Shown here: positions 22,440 to 35,084 of the stretch, piece after piece | Numbering within the stretch: position 1 is the first letter of the stretch | Layout of the letters: each line of letters starts with the position of its first letter | Assembly (NCBI RefSeq): GCF_018350175.1 | Contig: NC_058368.1 | Location: forward strand, 88,724,001-88,788,000 | Reading direction: 5' to 3' | Length of the DNA: 64,000 nucleotides | Source: Felis catus | Taxonomy: Eukaryota | Notes under the pieces: model-generated | What the model was told of the DNA's origin: nothing | Databases searched by the model: none | The model's input: the letters and a program-made list of their open reading frames with translations, nothing else | Program-made: the position numbers and the translations under genes

Positions 22440-24852
22440 GAGAATGAGGTCCAGAGGCCAAACATCTGCCTGGCACACAGAGTTAGCCAGCCCTTGAAGC
22501 CAGACCCATGCCCTATTAGGCGCCCTCCACTCAGACCTCAAGAGAGAGCTTGGCAATGCTGTTGGTTCATCCCTGGTCCCCTCCCAGGAACTAAACCTAA
22601 CCCTAGCCATCCATCTGACCTCTAGGGGTGCCATGCCCCACCTGTGGGCCAAGAACAGAACTGGTGCTCATAGCCACCTGAGATTTCTTCAGGGAGGAAG
22701 CCAGAGCTCCTCATGACCAGTGCAAGACTGGATGGGCCTGCAATCTATCTATCATCTATCTATATCTATCTATCATCTATCTATCTATCTATCTATCATC
22801 TATCTATCTATCTATCTATCATCTATCTATCTATCATGTATGCATGCATGTATCTATCTATCTATCTAAATATCATCTATCATCTATCAGAGAGATCCCT
22901 TTAAAGGAATGGGCCTTTGGGTTTGTGGAAATTTGGTGAATTCAAAGTTTGAAGGGGAAGGCTTGCTGGCTGAGGACTCAAGAGAAAGGTGCAGTTCGAA
23001 TCCAAAGGCTGCCTACCATGGAACTAGGAAGAGCCAGGGTTGCAGATGTGCATCATGAGCCCAGACCTCGGCCTCTCTGAGATGCTTGCCCACACCCTGG
23101 AGCCAAATGCTAAGCCTGACCACAACACTAACACACACCCTCAACTCAACCCTCTGGGCAGATCACTCACTGCATGGCTGTTGTTTCAGAGTCTGTGTAC
23201 TTCAGTGGCTTGATCATAGCCCTACCCATGGTTCTTGCCCACAGGGGGACCACCCGCTAGGTGTCAGCAAACAACAGAATCGGGGCCCATGCCAGGCACT
23301 CAATGATTCAAGGAGAAGCCCAGAAGTTCCCCATGCCACTTCCAAGGCAATGAGGGGGCTACAGAAGGGGATTCTGAACCCAATCCTACCCCTCACCCAC
23401 ACAATCAGCCGGCTCCCTAGCCGAAACCCTCAGCCTGATGCTCACCCTGTTCCATGCCCTCAGCACAGTCCTTTGGGGTGAACACAGCCCTGATGTTCGT
23501 TCTGACCGTGTTTCCTCCAGGGACCTAAACCCAACCCTAACCCTCACCTTGGCTGTGGTCTGAGGGGTCCCGCATCCTAGCTCTGTACAAAGAATGGACT
23601 TGAGACCCCTGACCTGAACGACATTCACAGGGAAGAATACAGCAGATCACTATGATGTTTTCATGTCTGGGGTGGAACTCCACAAAGGGATCCCCAGCTA
23701 AAGCTGAAGCCTGTCCTACACTATGGGCCAATCCCTGAAGCCAAACCCTAAATCTGATCCACATCCTGATATATGCTCTCAACCATTCCCACAGGGGAGA
23801 TCACTGCACTGCTTGTGGTTCACCCCGTGCCACCCTCAGGAACTGAATCCTGTCCCTATCCAAGCCTCTGGCTCTGAGATTGTCCAATAAACCAGTGTGA
23901 GGAGATAAGTGACTTGCGGCACTTTACTGGTACAGAATAGCTCAGCAAGAAAGCCTGATGTTCACAATGACATTTCCATGCTTTTGAGGCTTGTGCCTAG
24001 AGAATGAGATACAGAGCCCAAACCTCCACCTTGCACACAGTGTTAGCCGGCCTTTCAAGAAAGCCCGAATGCTCTCCAGTGCCCTATCAGGTGCCCTCCA
24101 CTCAGATCACGGGGGAGAGCTTGTAATGCTGTTGGTTCATCCCTGGTCCCCTCCTAGGACCTAAACTGAACCCTAGCCATTGGTCTGGCCTCTAGGGGCA
24201 CCATGCCCCACCTGGGGCCAGGAACAGAACTGGTGCTCAAGCCACCTGAAACTTCTTCAAGGAGGAAGCCAGAAGTTCACCATGACAAGTACAACGCCAT
24301 ATGGGCCTATAATCAATAAATATATCTATGTATTTACCTATCTATCTATCTATCTACCTACCTATCTATCTATCATCTATCTATATACCTATTATCTATG
24401 TAATTATCAATCTATCACCAATGTATCTTATCTAGCTTCCTATCACCTATCATGTATCTTTCAATCTAGCTACCTAGCTAGCTGTCTTCCACCTATCTGT
24501 CACCTATCTTATCCTTTTCTGTTTATCTACCTATCACCTATCATCTTATCTAAATATCTAGTATCTATTTGTCTATCTATCAATCTATCTATCATCTAAA
24601 TATTGGTGAGATTTCTTTAAAGGAATGGACCCTGTGGTTGTGGAAGTTTGGTGAGTCCAAAGTTTGAAGGGGAAGCCTTGCTGGCTGAGGACTCAAGAGA
24701 AAGGTGCCGTTTGAACCCAAAGGTTCTATGGAACTAGGAAGAGCCAGTGATGTAGATGGAACTCAAAAGTAGTCTGCTGGAGAGAGCCTCACGGCCTGTG
24801 ACAGGTTGACCTTTTCTTTAATGCAGACCTTCACCTCATTAGATGGGGCCCA
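22440..24852 (+). repeat. Composite repeat block 1: degenerate FA-SAT-like satellite plus (TATC)n plus MLT2 fragments (two units, ~1.56 kb apart)
   Basis: 22441 and 24001 start homologous segments; TAACCC motifs; CAGCCGGCTCCCTAGCCGAAACCCTCAGCCTGA and GGGGTGAACACAGCCCTGATGTTCGTTCTGACC resemble feline FA-SAT; (TATC)n at 22742-22887 and 24310-24600. Confidence 0.7.
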
Positions 24853-25589
24853 AAGGAGTCATTGGTAACCAGGGACATGGCCAGGTTTTCAGGCCGGAAA
24901 CATGGTCAGGATGTCCCAGAAGAGACAGAAGTCACCCTGACTCCCTTTTCTCTCACATGCCTGGTGAAGGATAGATGCACCCAGAGACAGGCCCAGACTA
25001 TCCCCAGCTCAGTGGTTGGCCGGCAGTTGCCTTCACCTTCCGTCCAGCTCGCTGGAAGTGGGAACAACTGAATCTTTGCTTTGATGCACCAACAAACCCC
25101 ATGCCTGGAGCCCTGGATCTCACTTCCTGTTTGAGGAACCTACACCTTGCACCTAGAGAAAGCAACTTGTTTGCAGTGGAGTCCAGGATAGCCCAGGCCA
25201 TGTCTGTATGCCACCTGGAACTCCTCTTAGGTTCCTCTCCCAGGGTCTGTGGTAAGTTCTTAGTCGTGACTTTGGTTCACTAGCACATTAACGACTTGCC
25301 AACCCAATGCCTCAACTTACTTCACTCGAACCAGGACACTTGGAGGCCTGAAGGCAAGACTTATCATGGCGTGGATCCCAAAGCACATTAATTGGCTCAT
25401 TCTCAATTTTTCTCTTTCACTCTAAAATGGTTGCCGTGTGCTCATCCAACCACACTTGGGTTCAGCTGTGCACCCTTCCAACCCAGTCCCTCACACATAC
25501 ACTAGAGATCACAGGCACAGTGACAAATTCCTCACCCGCACCTTGCAGGTGGTTGGATTTACTCATTGCCTTCAAGAAAAGTCTCTTTG

Positions 25590-25780
25590 TGGGGCGACTG
25601 CGGGGCTCAGTCTGTTAAGCATCCAACTCCAGATCTGGCTCAGGTCCTGACCTCAAAGTTTTTGAGTTCAAGCCCCACCTTGGACTCTGCAACCACATAA
25701 CAGACCCTGCATGGTATTCTGTGTCTCTGCCCCTCTCCTTTGGACACCTTCTCTCAAAATATATAAACTTGAAAAAATCT
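25590..25780 (+). mobile_element. Can-SINE (old)
   Basis: Degenerate SINE head and A tail. Confidence 0.75.
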
Positions 25781-26139
25781 CTTTGCTCCTACATACAGAA
25801 CATAAACTTAGCAACTTATAGTGCTCAAAATTCTGACTTTGAAACAGAAGATGGCGAGGGAAGAAAACAGCCTTTGAGTTTTATTCGCCTTTCAGACTCA
25901 ATTTTGCTTTTCTGGGCATCGTGCAGGGTCTCTGATGGTGGCTCCAGCTGCAGCGCCTCACAGATGATGGTCATCTCTCCACCTGCAGGCCGCACAGCCC
26001 ACCAGGCCCAGATCCACCTGGTCTGGGCCTCCCTGCTTCAGGGTCCACACATTAAGGCTCCCACCTTTGGTGGATAAACCCAGTTTGAAACTGTTGTTTC
26101 CACTGGGAAACCTTTAGGGTCCTAAAACTCTGCAATCAC

Positions 26140-26280
26140 GCGCTGAAGTGACCCAGACTGGTTCCCCCAGGATGACCTGGCCCTGACCTGCGCATTGGCT
26201 CCCCAGGGTGGCCTGGGTCACAAGTGTCCTGAGCACAGTCCCCAGGGCGGAGGAGGGGTTGGGGGCTGAGAAGGTGGCTC
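26140..26280. promoter_or_regulatory. Promoter-like motif cluster next to a CpG-rich repeat
   Basis: TGCGCA (26189-26194) overlapping an inverted CCAAT (ATTGG 26194-26198); GC box GGGCGG 26245-26250. Confidence 0.3.
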
Positions 26281-26599
26281 TGGCTTCTCCTAATCATAAT
26301 AAACCTCAAGGTTTAGCCCAGAAAGGGAAAAGCCCCCCCACCTGGCGAATGCAAGAACTCTTCAACCTGGATCCAGAACCAGGCTTCCAAGGCCAAGCAT
26401 ACAGGCTCCTGACACTCACCATCCTGCAAACACATCTCAGAAATCACAGCCTTCACAGGAAGAACTCATTGTATCAGCACCAGGCGAGGGCAGTCCTGAA
26501 AGATGCCCCTGGAGGGGGGGGGGGGTTGGGGGGGGACGTGGGGGTGGGCGACGCCCACCTCTAGCGAGCCGAGGAGCCCACCCTGGAGAGCATGCCCAG

Positions 26600-27130
26600 A
26601 ACGGGACATTTGGTCCTCCCAGCTCCCGCTGCAAGGTCCCCAGGGCTGTGTGGAGGGACTTGATGGCTCTGCGAACCCCCGCGAGGGCCCCCAGTATGGT
26701 GCCACGGACGCGATGGCTCAGACACCCTCAAGATGGCGCCCTCGAGCGGTAGATCCATGAGACCTGATGGCTCCCACAGCCCTGCGAGGGCACCCCCCCA
26801 CCCTGGGCGGTGCCGGAGTGACAGTTGGGACACCCCCGCCATGGCCCCCAGGGCGGAGCCACTAGACATGAGGGCTCTGACAGCCCCTCGAGTGCACCCA
26901 CCCCGCTGGGCAGTGCCGGGAAGTGACTGGTGGGATACCCCAGCGACGGACCCCAGGGCGGAACTGCGAAACCTGATGTCTCAGACACCCGCGTGAGGGC
27001 ACCCACGGCAGAGCCCCGAGATCTGATGGCTCTGGAAACCCCCGAGAAGATCCCCCACCACATGGCTGTACCTGGAGACATAACGGTTCTGAAGCCCCGG
27101 CTCCCGCCCAGACAACACCTCTGAGATGCT
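26600..27130 (+). repeat. Degenerate CpG-rich minisatellite, ~10 units of 50-57 bp
   Basis: TGATGGCTC-like anchors at 26661, 26711, 26765, (26819), 26869, (26924), 26974, 27024, (27081). Confidence 0.85.
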
Positions 27131-27324
27131 CTGGGCAGCTGTACCCACGAATGGCTGGAGCAGTGCGTGCTCCTCCTCCATTAAACCCCTCTGTAGGACC
27201 AAATTGAAAACCACACCCCCAAGGCCCGCCTTCTGGCCAGGGTCCTGCGGTGGACTTATCGCCGCCTGTGGATGAGGTGGGAACTGCAGCCTGGTGCTGC
27301 TCTGCAGATCTGCAATCCATTCCA

Positions 27325-27515
27325 AGATTTATTATTTTTTTGGTATAAAATGTTTATTTTATTTATTTCTAATTTTATTATTATTTGTAATATAATTGTA
27401 TTAAATTAAATATTAAAATAACATTAAGTAATTAAATATTTAATAAAGTATTACTAATCAATTAAATAATTAAAATGATTAAATTAATAATGCAAATTAT
27501 TGTTATTATTATTAT
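27325..27515. repeat. AT-rich low-complexity tract
   Basis: Almost only A/T; lies against the tail of an antisense SINE. Confidence 0.85.
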
Positions 27516-27718
27516 TTTAATGTTTATTTATTTTTGAGACAATGAGAAAGACAGAGTGAAAGCAGTGGAGGGGCAGACAGAGGGAGACACAGAACCCGAG
27601 GTGGGCTCCAGGTTCCTAGCTATCAACCCAAAGCCCAACATGGCTCTCGAACTCACTGAGAGACCATGGTCTCAACCAAAGCCTGACGCTCAACCAGCTG
27701 AGCCACCCAAGCACGCCC
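27515..27718 (-). mobile_element. Can-SINE
   Basis: Reverse SINE body. Confidence 0.85.
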
Positions 27719-27719
27719 A

Positions 27720-29277
27720 AATTATTATTATTTTTAAATATAACTTATTGTCAAATTGGTTTCCATACAACACCAGGGCTCATTCCAACAAGTGCCCTCC
27801 TCCCTGCCCATCACCCAATTTCCCCTCTCCCTCACCCCTGTCTACCCTTAGTATGTTCTCAGTCCTTAGGGGTCTCTTAGGGTTTGCCTCCCTTCCTCTC
27901 TGTAACTTTTTTTGTTTTCCACTTCCCCTCTCCCATGGTCTTCTGTTAAGTTTCTCAAGATCCACATGAGAGTGAAAACATATGGTATCTGTCTTTCTCT
28001 GCCTGGCATATCTAATTTAGCACAGTACCCTCCAGTTCCATCCACTTTGCTGCAAATGGGCAGATTTCATTCTTTCTCATTGCCAAGTAGTATTCCATTG
28101 TATATATAAAGCACATTTTCTTTATCCATTCATCAGTTGATGGACATTTAGGCTCTTCCATTATTTGACTATTGCTGAAAGTGCTGCTATAAACATGCAC
28201 TTGGGGTACATGTGTCCTATGCATCAGCACTCCTGTATCCTTTGGGTAGATTCCGAACAGTGCTATTGCTGGGTCATAGGGTAGTTCTAGTTTTAATTAT
28301 TTGACAAACCTCCACGCTGATTTCCAGAGTGGCTGCACCAGTTTGCATTCCTACCAGCAGTGCAAGAGGGTTCCTGTTTATCCATGTCCTCACCAGTACC
28401 TATAGTCTGATTTTTCATTTTAGCCATTCTGACTGGTGTGAGGTGATATCTCATTGCAGTTTTGATTTGTATTTCCCTGATGATGAGTGACGTTGAGCAT
28501 CTTTTCATGTGCCTGTTGGACATCTGGATGTCTTCCTTGGAAAAGTGTCTATTCATCTGTTCTGCCCTTTTCTTCACTGGATTATTTGTTTTTCGGGTGT
28601 GGAGTTTGGTGAGTTCTTTATAGATGTTAGACACTAGCCCTTTATCCAATATGTCATTTGTAAACATCTTTTCCCCTTCTGTCAGTTGCCTTTTAGTTTT
28701 GTTGATTGTTTCCTTTGCAGTACAGAAATTTTTTATCTTCATGAGGTCCCAATAGTTCATTTTTCCTTTTAATTAGCCTTTGGAGATATGTCGAGTAAGA
28801 AATTGTTTTGGCTGAGGACAAAGAGGTTTTTTCCTGCTTTCTCCTCTAGGGTATTGATGGTTTCCTGTCTCACATTCAGGTCCTTCATCCTTTTGGAGTT
28901 TATTTTTGTGTATGGTGTAAGAAAGTGGTCTAATTTCATTCTTCTGCATGTTGCTGTCCAGTTCTCCCAGCACCATTTGTTAAAGAGACTGACCTTTTTC
29001 CAATGGATACTCTTTCCTGCTTTGTCAAAGATTAGTTGGCCATACATTTGTGGGTCCAATTCTGGGGCTGCATTCTATTCCATTGGTCTATGTGTCTGTT
29101 TTTGTGCCAATATCATACTGTCTTGATGATTACAGCTTTGTACTAGAGGCTAAAGTCGGGGGTTGTGATATCTCCCACTTTGGTTTTCTTCTCCAATATT
29201 ACTTTGGCTATTCTGGGTCTTTTGTGGTTCCACAGATTTTAGGATGGTTTGTTCTAGCTTTGAGAAGAATGCTGGTG
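27720..29277 (-). mobile_element. 5'-truncated feline L1
   Basis: ORF2 C-terminal motifs ([34 protein letters not shown]) and 3'UTR. Confidence 0.93.
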
Positions 29278-29678
29278 GGGCGAGGTCAGCGGCTCAGTCC
29301 TCAGCAGGAAAAGGCGGTCCTTTATATTCCCAGATTTAGAGAGTACGTATGGCCTGGCAACTTGAGGGACAGTAAGAAATGAAAATGAAAGAGGAGAGCT
29401 TGTTTTCATGGCTTAGCATTGCATTTTAATTAAAACACAAGCATAGTCTTGTTTTTACTTGTGGTCCAGCATGTTAACTGGTGGATTACTCCAGCTCAGC
29501 CAGGGGGCAGATTTGGGGCATGAGTTTGGCACATGACACATGCCGCCTCCTTTACAGGTTCACCAAGAACCAGTGTGGTCCTTCCAACTGTCATCATTCC
29601 TTGGCTCTCAAGGGAGGGACAGCCCAGCGCCATTTCCTCCATCCAAATCTGGCTGCAATGCCTGATCCCTCATAACCA

Positions 29679-30388
29679 CAGGCATCTCCCAGAGGCATTT
29701 TCCAGAATGCGTGGATGTTGCCAGTTTGGGTCCAGAACACTGCAACAAAATGAATACCACCACAAAGCGGCTCAAATGAATACTTTGGATTCCTAGTGGG
29801 AATGAAAGTTATCACTAGACTGGAGTCTTCCACGTGCAATAGCATTATGTTGAAAAAATAACATAAATACCATAATTAAAAAGCACTTTATGGTTTTCAA
29901 CATTTTTAATATAGTCATTTTTCTTTTGAACGAGAGAGATGGAGCATGGGTGGGGGACGGACAGAGAGAGAGGGAGACACAGAATCGAAGCAGGTTCCAG
30001 CCTCTGAGGTGTCAGCACAGAGCCCAACACTGGGCTTGAACCTAGGAGCTATGAGATCATGACCTGGGCTTAAGTCCATGCTTAACTACCTGAGCCACCC
30101 AGGTGCCCCTTAAAAACACTTTCGTATTTTAAAAAATGCTAACCATCACCTGAGCTTTCAGCAATAGGTAATCACTGATTGTAGATCACCATAACAGATA
30201 TAATAATGAAAATAATATAATACTGGGCAAGAAGTAGCAAAGCAGAGACTTGGAGGCAGTAAATGCTCTTGGAAAAGTGGCCCCAATAGACTTGCCCTAC
30301 ACACTGTCACTAAAAACCCTCCATTTGCACAGAATGCAGTGCCTGCAAAGCTCAATAAAGCAGAGCACAATAAAACGAGGTAGGCATG
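29679..30388 (+). mobile_element. Tigger1-derived (Tigger1a-like) DNA transposon, split by a SINE at ~29900-30110 (-)
   Basis: Starts CAGGCAT.., contains GTGCAATAGCATTATG and AAAAAATGCTAACCATCACCTGAG, ends AATAAAACGAGGTAGGCATG (terminal inverted repeat). Confidence 0.8.
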
Positions 30389-30779
30389 TGCTGGGTAAAT
30401 TGGTGGGGGAGGAGTTTTCTGCTTCTTTGTTTGGTGAAAGCTAGGGGGAGATGTGTGTGGGTCTTCTGGAGCTGGGGTGCAGGGAGAGGAAGAATTCCCA
30501 ATAGGTAACTGCATACTTGCCCACTGGCTGTCCTTCTGGCCCATTTTTGTTTGTTTGCATCATGTCCTCCTCATTTATATGGGTCCTGTGGGGACACTTC
30601 TGTCAGGTCATGAGTTGCCAGCACAGATGCATGGGTATTCTGAGGGATAAGGGATTTGGGAAGTGTTTGTTTTGCATGCTCCTGTCTAAGCTCGGATTGG
30701 CTGAGACAAGTGAGACATCAGGTGCCATCTTAAAGTGAGATCCTTAGTTGCAGGCAGGGCCCAGCTGAGATCCCCTCTG

Positions 30780-31030
30780 CTGTGAACTGAGTTGTGTTGC
30801 CCACAAGTGCCTATGTTAGAGCCTTAGCCCCCTTTGGGAAGGTATTAGGAGGCAGGGCCTTGGAGAGGTGATTAGTGTGGAGCCCATGGGATCAACATCT
30901 TTATGAAGTCAGTAGACAGCTTGCTGTTTTGTGTTCTCTTTCTCTGATGTGTGAGATTTCCCCAGACCCAAGCATGGCAGCTTGCTGGCATCCTGATCTC
31001 AGACTCTCAATATCTAGACAGGATGACACC
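30780..31030. mobile_element. MLT1-like MaLR LTR fragment
   Basis: Resembles MLT1 consensus (GGTATTAGGAGGCAGGGCCTTGG..GGTGATTAG). Confidence 0.55.
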
Positions 31031-31736
31031 TTTTCCCTCAAACCAGAGGATCCTACCTCTGTCAGGTCCTAGAGAAATAATTTAGCTAAGGGATCAGTGA
31101 GGTGGGACCACGGACCACGCAGAAGCTGCATGGGTGGGCAAGAAATTGCTTCTGCCTGATCTTTCCCCCAGCCTTTGTGTGATGAAGGCTGTCTGAGATC
31201 TTGTGTGGGCCACCATGGAGAGCTTTGCTGCTGCCTGCTGTGTCAGCAAGAAATATCACAGCAGGGCAGGGAGTGCACTGCTTCAGACCAGCCCCTTCAC
31301 TGTCTGGTGATCCCACAAATTAAAAAGGTCTTCCTTGTTCCAAGTCTGAGGGTCCAGGTACTCACCTGATGCACCAAGAGCAGAATCACACTTTGGCAAT
31401 TCCAAGTGTCAAGTGCTATCTCCAATCGCCAAAACTCTATGGATTACATGATTACCCCTTACAGCCCTTGGTACAGATGACGTATCCAAAGCATGCAATA
31501 GGGTAAATTGACCCCAAGCCGTGTGGCTTGTACATTATTGCCAGGCAGCCAGGCTTCCGGTGATGCTCCCACTCTGCACTGGGATAAGTACTAGATGACC
31601 AAGGACTTTTAGCTGCTTCCTCCCAGCTGGCCCATCTGGGTTTACTTCCCTCTTCTGGGTCAGAAGCAAAAGTGGCACCACTAAGCAGTGTCAGTTAAAC
31701 AAGACATGTCAATTTTATGTAAGAAAACATGTCCAG

Positions 31737-31950
31737 GGGAACCTGGGTGGCTCAGTCAGTTAAGCATCTGACTTCAGCTCAGGTCATGATCTCACAGTTT
31801 GTGGATTCAAGCCCTGTGTTGGCACTGTGCTGAGCAGGTTCTCAGAGCCTGGAACCTGCTTAGGAATCTGACTCTCTCTCCCCGCCCCTTCCCACCTCGT
31901 GCTCTGTCTCTCAATCTCAAAAATAAATAAGCAATAAAAATATTAAAAAA
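31737..31950 (+). mobile_element. Can-SINE
   Basis: Typical head, CT tract, A tail. Confidence 0.9.
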
Positions 31951-32309
31951 CAGTAAAATTATCCAGATCAACCTGAGGGGCACTGTCATCACTGCCCTGT
32001 GTGCCAACCCAACCAAATACCCCATCTTCATGCCCAAGGATCCTGCCCCTGGGGAGGGGTCTTATTTCCATATTCCCATTTCACCATCCCGGAGCTCTTT
32101 ACAGAAAAAAGAAGCTGTGGAAGGAGCGGGTAGTCTTCATTCTGTATGTCATCATCTGCAGTCTAGGGTTAATAACTGTCACCACACACACGTGTGCCTG
32201 GTTTTTCCCATGTCATTTATGGGGCATCACTCACCTGTGCACTTCTGTGTTCATTGTATGGAGTGAGTGAGCTGAGATGCTGCTGTTTTCTCTCAAGGCA
32301 ACATTCCTT

Positions 32310-34413
32310 GCTTTAAAGGAAAGGGCCCTTGTGGTTGTGGAAGTTTGGTGAGTTCAAAGTTTGAAGGGGAAGCCTAGCTGACTGAGGACCCAAGAGAAAG
32401 TTGCAGTTTGAATCCAGGCTGTCTACCATGGAACTAAGAAGAGCCAGTGTTGCAGATGGAACCCGAGAGTAGTGTGCTGGAGAGAGCCTCATGGCCTATG
32501 ACAGGTCGGCCTTTTCCTTTATGCAGGCCTTCAACTGATTAGATGGGGCCCACCCACGTTGGGAAGAACAGTGTGCTTGACTCCATGTCCACTGATTTCA
32601 GTGGTAATCTCATCTAAAAACATTCTCATTGAAATATTCACAATGATGTTTGAACAAATATCTTGCCTCTTGGCCCAGACAAATTGGCCGCAATCAACCA
32701 CACTATTTCCCAGTGCATAGCTATTCAAATTGGAGCAACTTCTCCTTTGCTCTCTCTTGGCTTGGCATCCCTCTGGCTACATTTAATTTGGGGACCTTGT
32801 GACCATGCTGCTTTATTGTCATATCCTCTGATTTTCCTCTCCTTGATTTAGCTCCCATGCAATGAGTCCACATAGCAGGGAAGGGATTTTGCAAAAATGC
32901 AATCTTGTAGAATGTAAGTTGTTCCTCTAGCATGTAATACTCACTCTTTATGGCCTTTCTCTGAGGCCATTAGATCTCTGGCCACATTTGGGATTTCCAT
33001 TCCTCCCTCTCCTGCTTCCTTGTCTGATACACACAGTGACTTTCATGCCTGGGTGACCCAGCCTTTGCTTGGCAGATTGACCCTTTTAACTCATCTTGCT
33101 ATGTTCTGAATGTTTGTGTTTCCCCAAATTCATTCATTGAGATGCTAACCTCCAAGGAGATAATGTTAGGAGCAGGGGGCTTTAAGAAATTAGTAGGTCA
33201 TGAAAGTGAAGCCCTCATCAATGACATTAGTGCCCACTTCAGAGAGGTTCCTGAGAGATCCCTTGTCCCTTCCACTGTATGAAGACACAGCATGTAGACA
33301 GTCATCTATACCTTGAAAGAGGACTCTCAGCAGAACCTGACTAATTTACACATGGACATCAGACTTCCAGCCTCCAGAACTCTAAGAAATAAGCTGAATT
33401 TGTCTCTAAACTATGCAGTCTATATGCACCTGTGGGCCAGGAACAGAACCGGTGCTCATAGCCACCTGAGATTTCTTCAGGGAGGAAGTCAGAAATTTGT
33501 CATGACAAGTACAAGGCCATATGGGCCTGCAGAAGTGTATCATGAGCCCAGACCTCAGCCCCTCTGAGGTGCTTGACCATACCCTGGAGCCAAATGCTAA
33601 GCCTGACCAGAACACTAACACACACCCACAAGTGAGCCCTAACCCTAACCCTAACCTTGGCTGTGGTCTTTGGGGTCCCCTGTCCTAGCTCTGTAGAAAG
33701 ATTGGGCTTGAAATCCCTGACGTGCACAACATTCATCAGGGAAGGATGCAGCAGATCACCATGACATTTTCATGTTCCAGATGGAACTCCTGAAAGGGAT
33801 CCCCAGTTAAAGTGGAAGCTTGTCCCACAGTATTGGCCAATCCCTGAAGCCAATCCCAATTGTGATCCATACCCTGACATGTGCTCTCAACCATTCCCAC
33901 AGAGGAGATCACAGCACGGCTTGAGTTTGCCCCACGTCACCCTTGGGAATCGAACCCTGTCCCTATCCATGCCTCTGGCTGTGTGTGAGGTGTAAGGAGA
34001 GAAGTTCCTTGGGGCAATTTGCTGATGTGGAATTGCTCCGAAAGGAAGCCAGATGTTCACGACGACATTTCCACAGTTTTGAGGCTTGAGCGTAGTGAAT
34101 GAGATCTAGAGGCCAAACCTTTTCCTGGCACACAGAGTTAGCTGTCCCTTGAAGCCAGCCCCCATTGCTCACCTGTGCCCTATCAGGCTCCCTCCACTGA
34201 GATTAGGGGGATAGTTGGCACTGCTGCTGGTTCATCCCCAGTCCCCTCCCAGGACCTAAACCTAACCCTAGCTATGATCTGGCCTCTAGGGGCACCACAT
34301 CCCACCCTTGGGCCAGGAACAGAACTGGTGCTCATGGCCCCCTGAGATTTCTTCAGGGAGGAAGCCAGAAGTTCATTATGACTAGTAGAAGGCCATATGG
34401 AATTCTATCTATC

Positions 34414-34452
<39 letters not shown>

Positions 34453-35083
34453 ATGTATCTATCTATCATCTATCTATCTACTGTCAACTATCCATCTTAT
34501 CTGGCTTGCTATCACAAATCTTTCACTTACCTACCAATCTAGATAGCTGCCTAGCTCTCATCCACCTATCTGTCATCTTTCTATCTTATCTATATATTTA
34601 TCTGTCTATCTATAGTCTATAATCTTATCTAAATATCTAGTATCTATAAATCTCTCTACCTACCTATATATGAATCTGTCTATCAGAGATATTTCTTTAA
34701 ATTAATGGGCCTTGTGGTTGTGGAAGTTTGGTGAATCCAAAGTTTGAAGGGGAAGCCTTGCTGACTGAGGAAGAGAAAGTTGTAGTTTGGATCCAAAAGC
34801 TGTCTACCATGGAACTAGGAAGACCCAGTGTTGCAGATGGAACCCGAAAGTAGTGTGCTGGAGGGAGCTTCATGGCCTATGACAGGTCGGCCTTTTCCTT
34901 TATGCAGGCCTTCAACTGATTAGACGGGGCCCACCCACGTTGGAAAGAACAGTGTGCTTGACTCCGTGTCCACTGATTTCAATAGTAAATTCATCTAAAA
35001 ACATTCTCATTGAAACATTCATAATGATGTATGAACAAACATCTGGCCTCTTGGCCCAAACAAATTGGCTGCAATCAACCACA
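32310..35083 (+). repeat. Composite repeat block 2: MLT2 (32310-32702), MLT1 (~33100-33420), FA-SAT-like satellite (33425-34402), (TATC)n (34403-34685), MLT2 (34686-35083)
   Basis: Paralogous to block 1; the two MLT2 copies are near-colinear and end in CAATCAACCAC; (CCCTAA)3 at ~33637-33654. Confidence 0.75.
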
Positions 35084-35084
35084 T

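Noticed and set aside
26004..26112. Small inverted repeats (9-bp AGGCCCAGA/TCTGGGCCT and two shorter ones) as a structured RNA
   Set aside because: Stems are too short to exceed chance in GC-rich DNA; no known RNA motif.
26600..27130. CRISPR-like repeat/spacer array
   Set aside because: The whole units are degenerate homologues with no constant repeat and unique spacers; mammalian context with no cas genes.
26208..27325. Overlapping ORFs of 65-152 aa in the GC-rich tract
   Set aside because: Expected from stop-poor GC-rich repeats; no recognisable domains.
29481..29845. ORFs near 29.5-29.8 kb as host exons
   Set aside because: They overlap the Tigger1-derived element and show no protein similarity.
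33630..33660. Interstitial telomere or chromosome fusion site
   Set aside because: Only ~3 CCCTAA units, embedded in satellite monomers that carry this motif; no head-to-head arrays.
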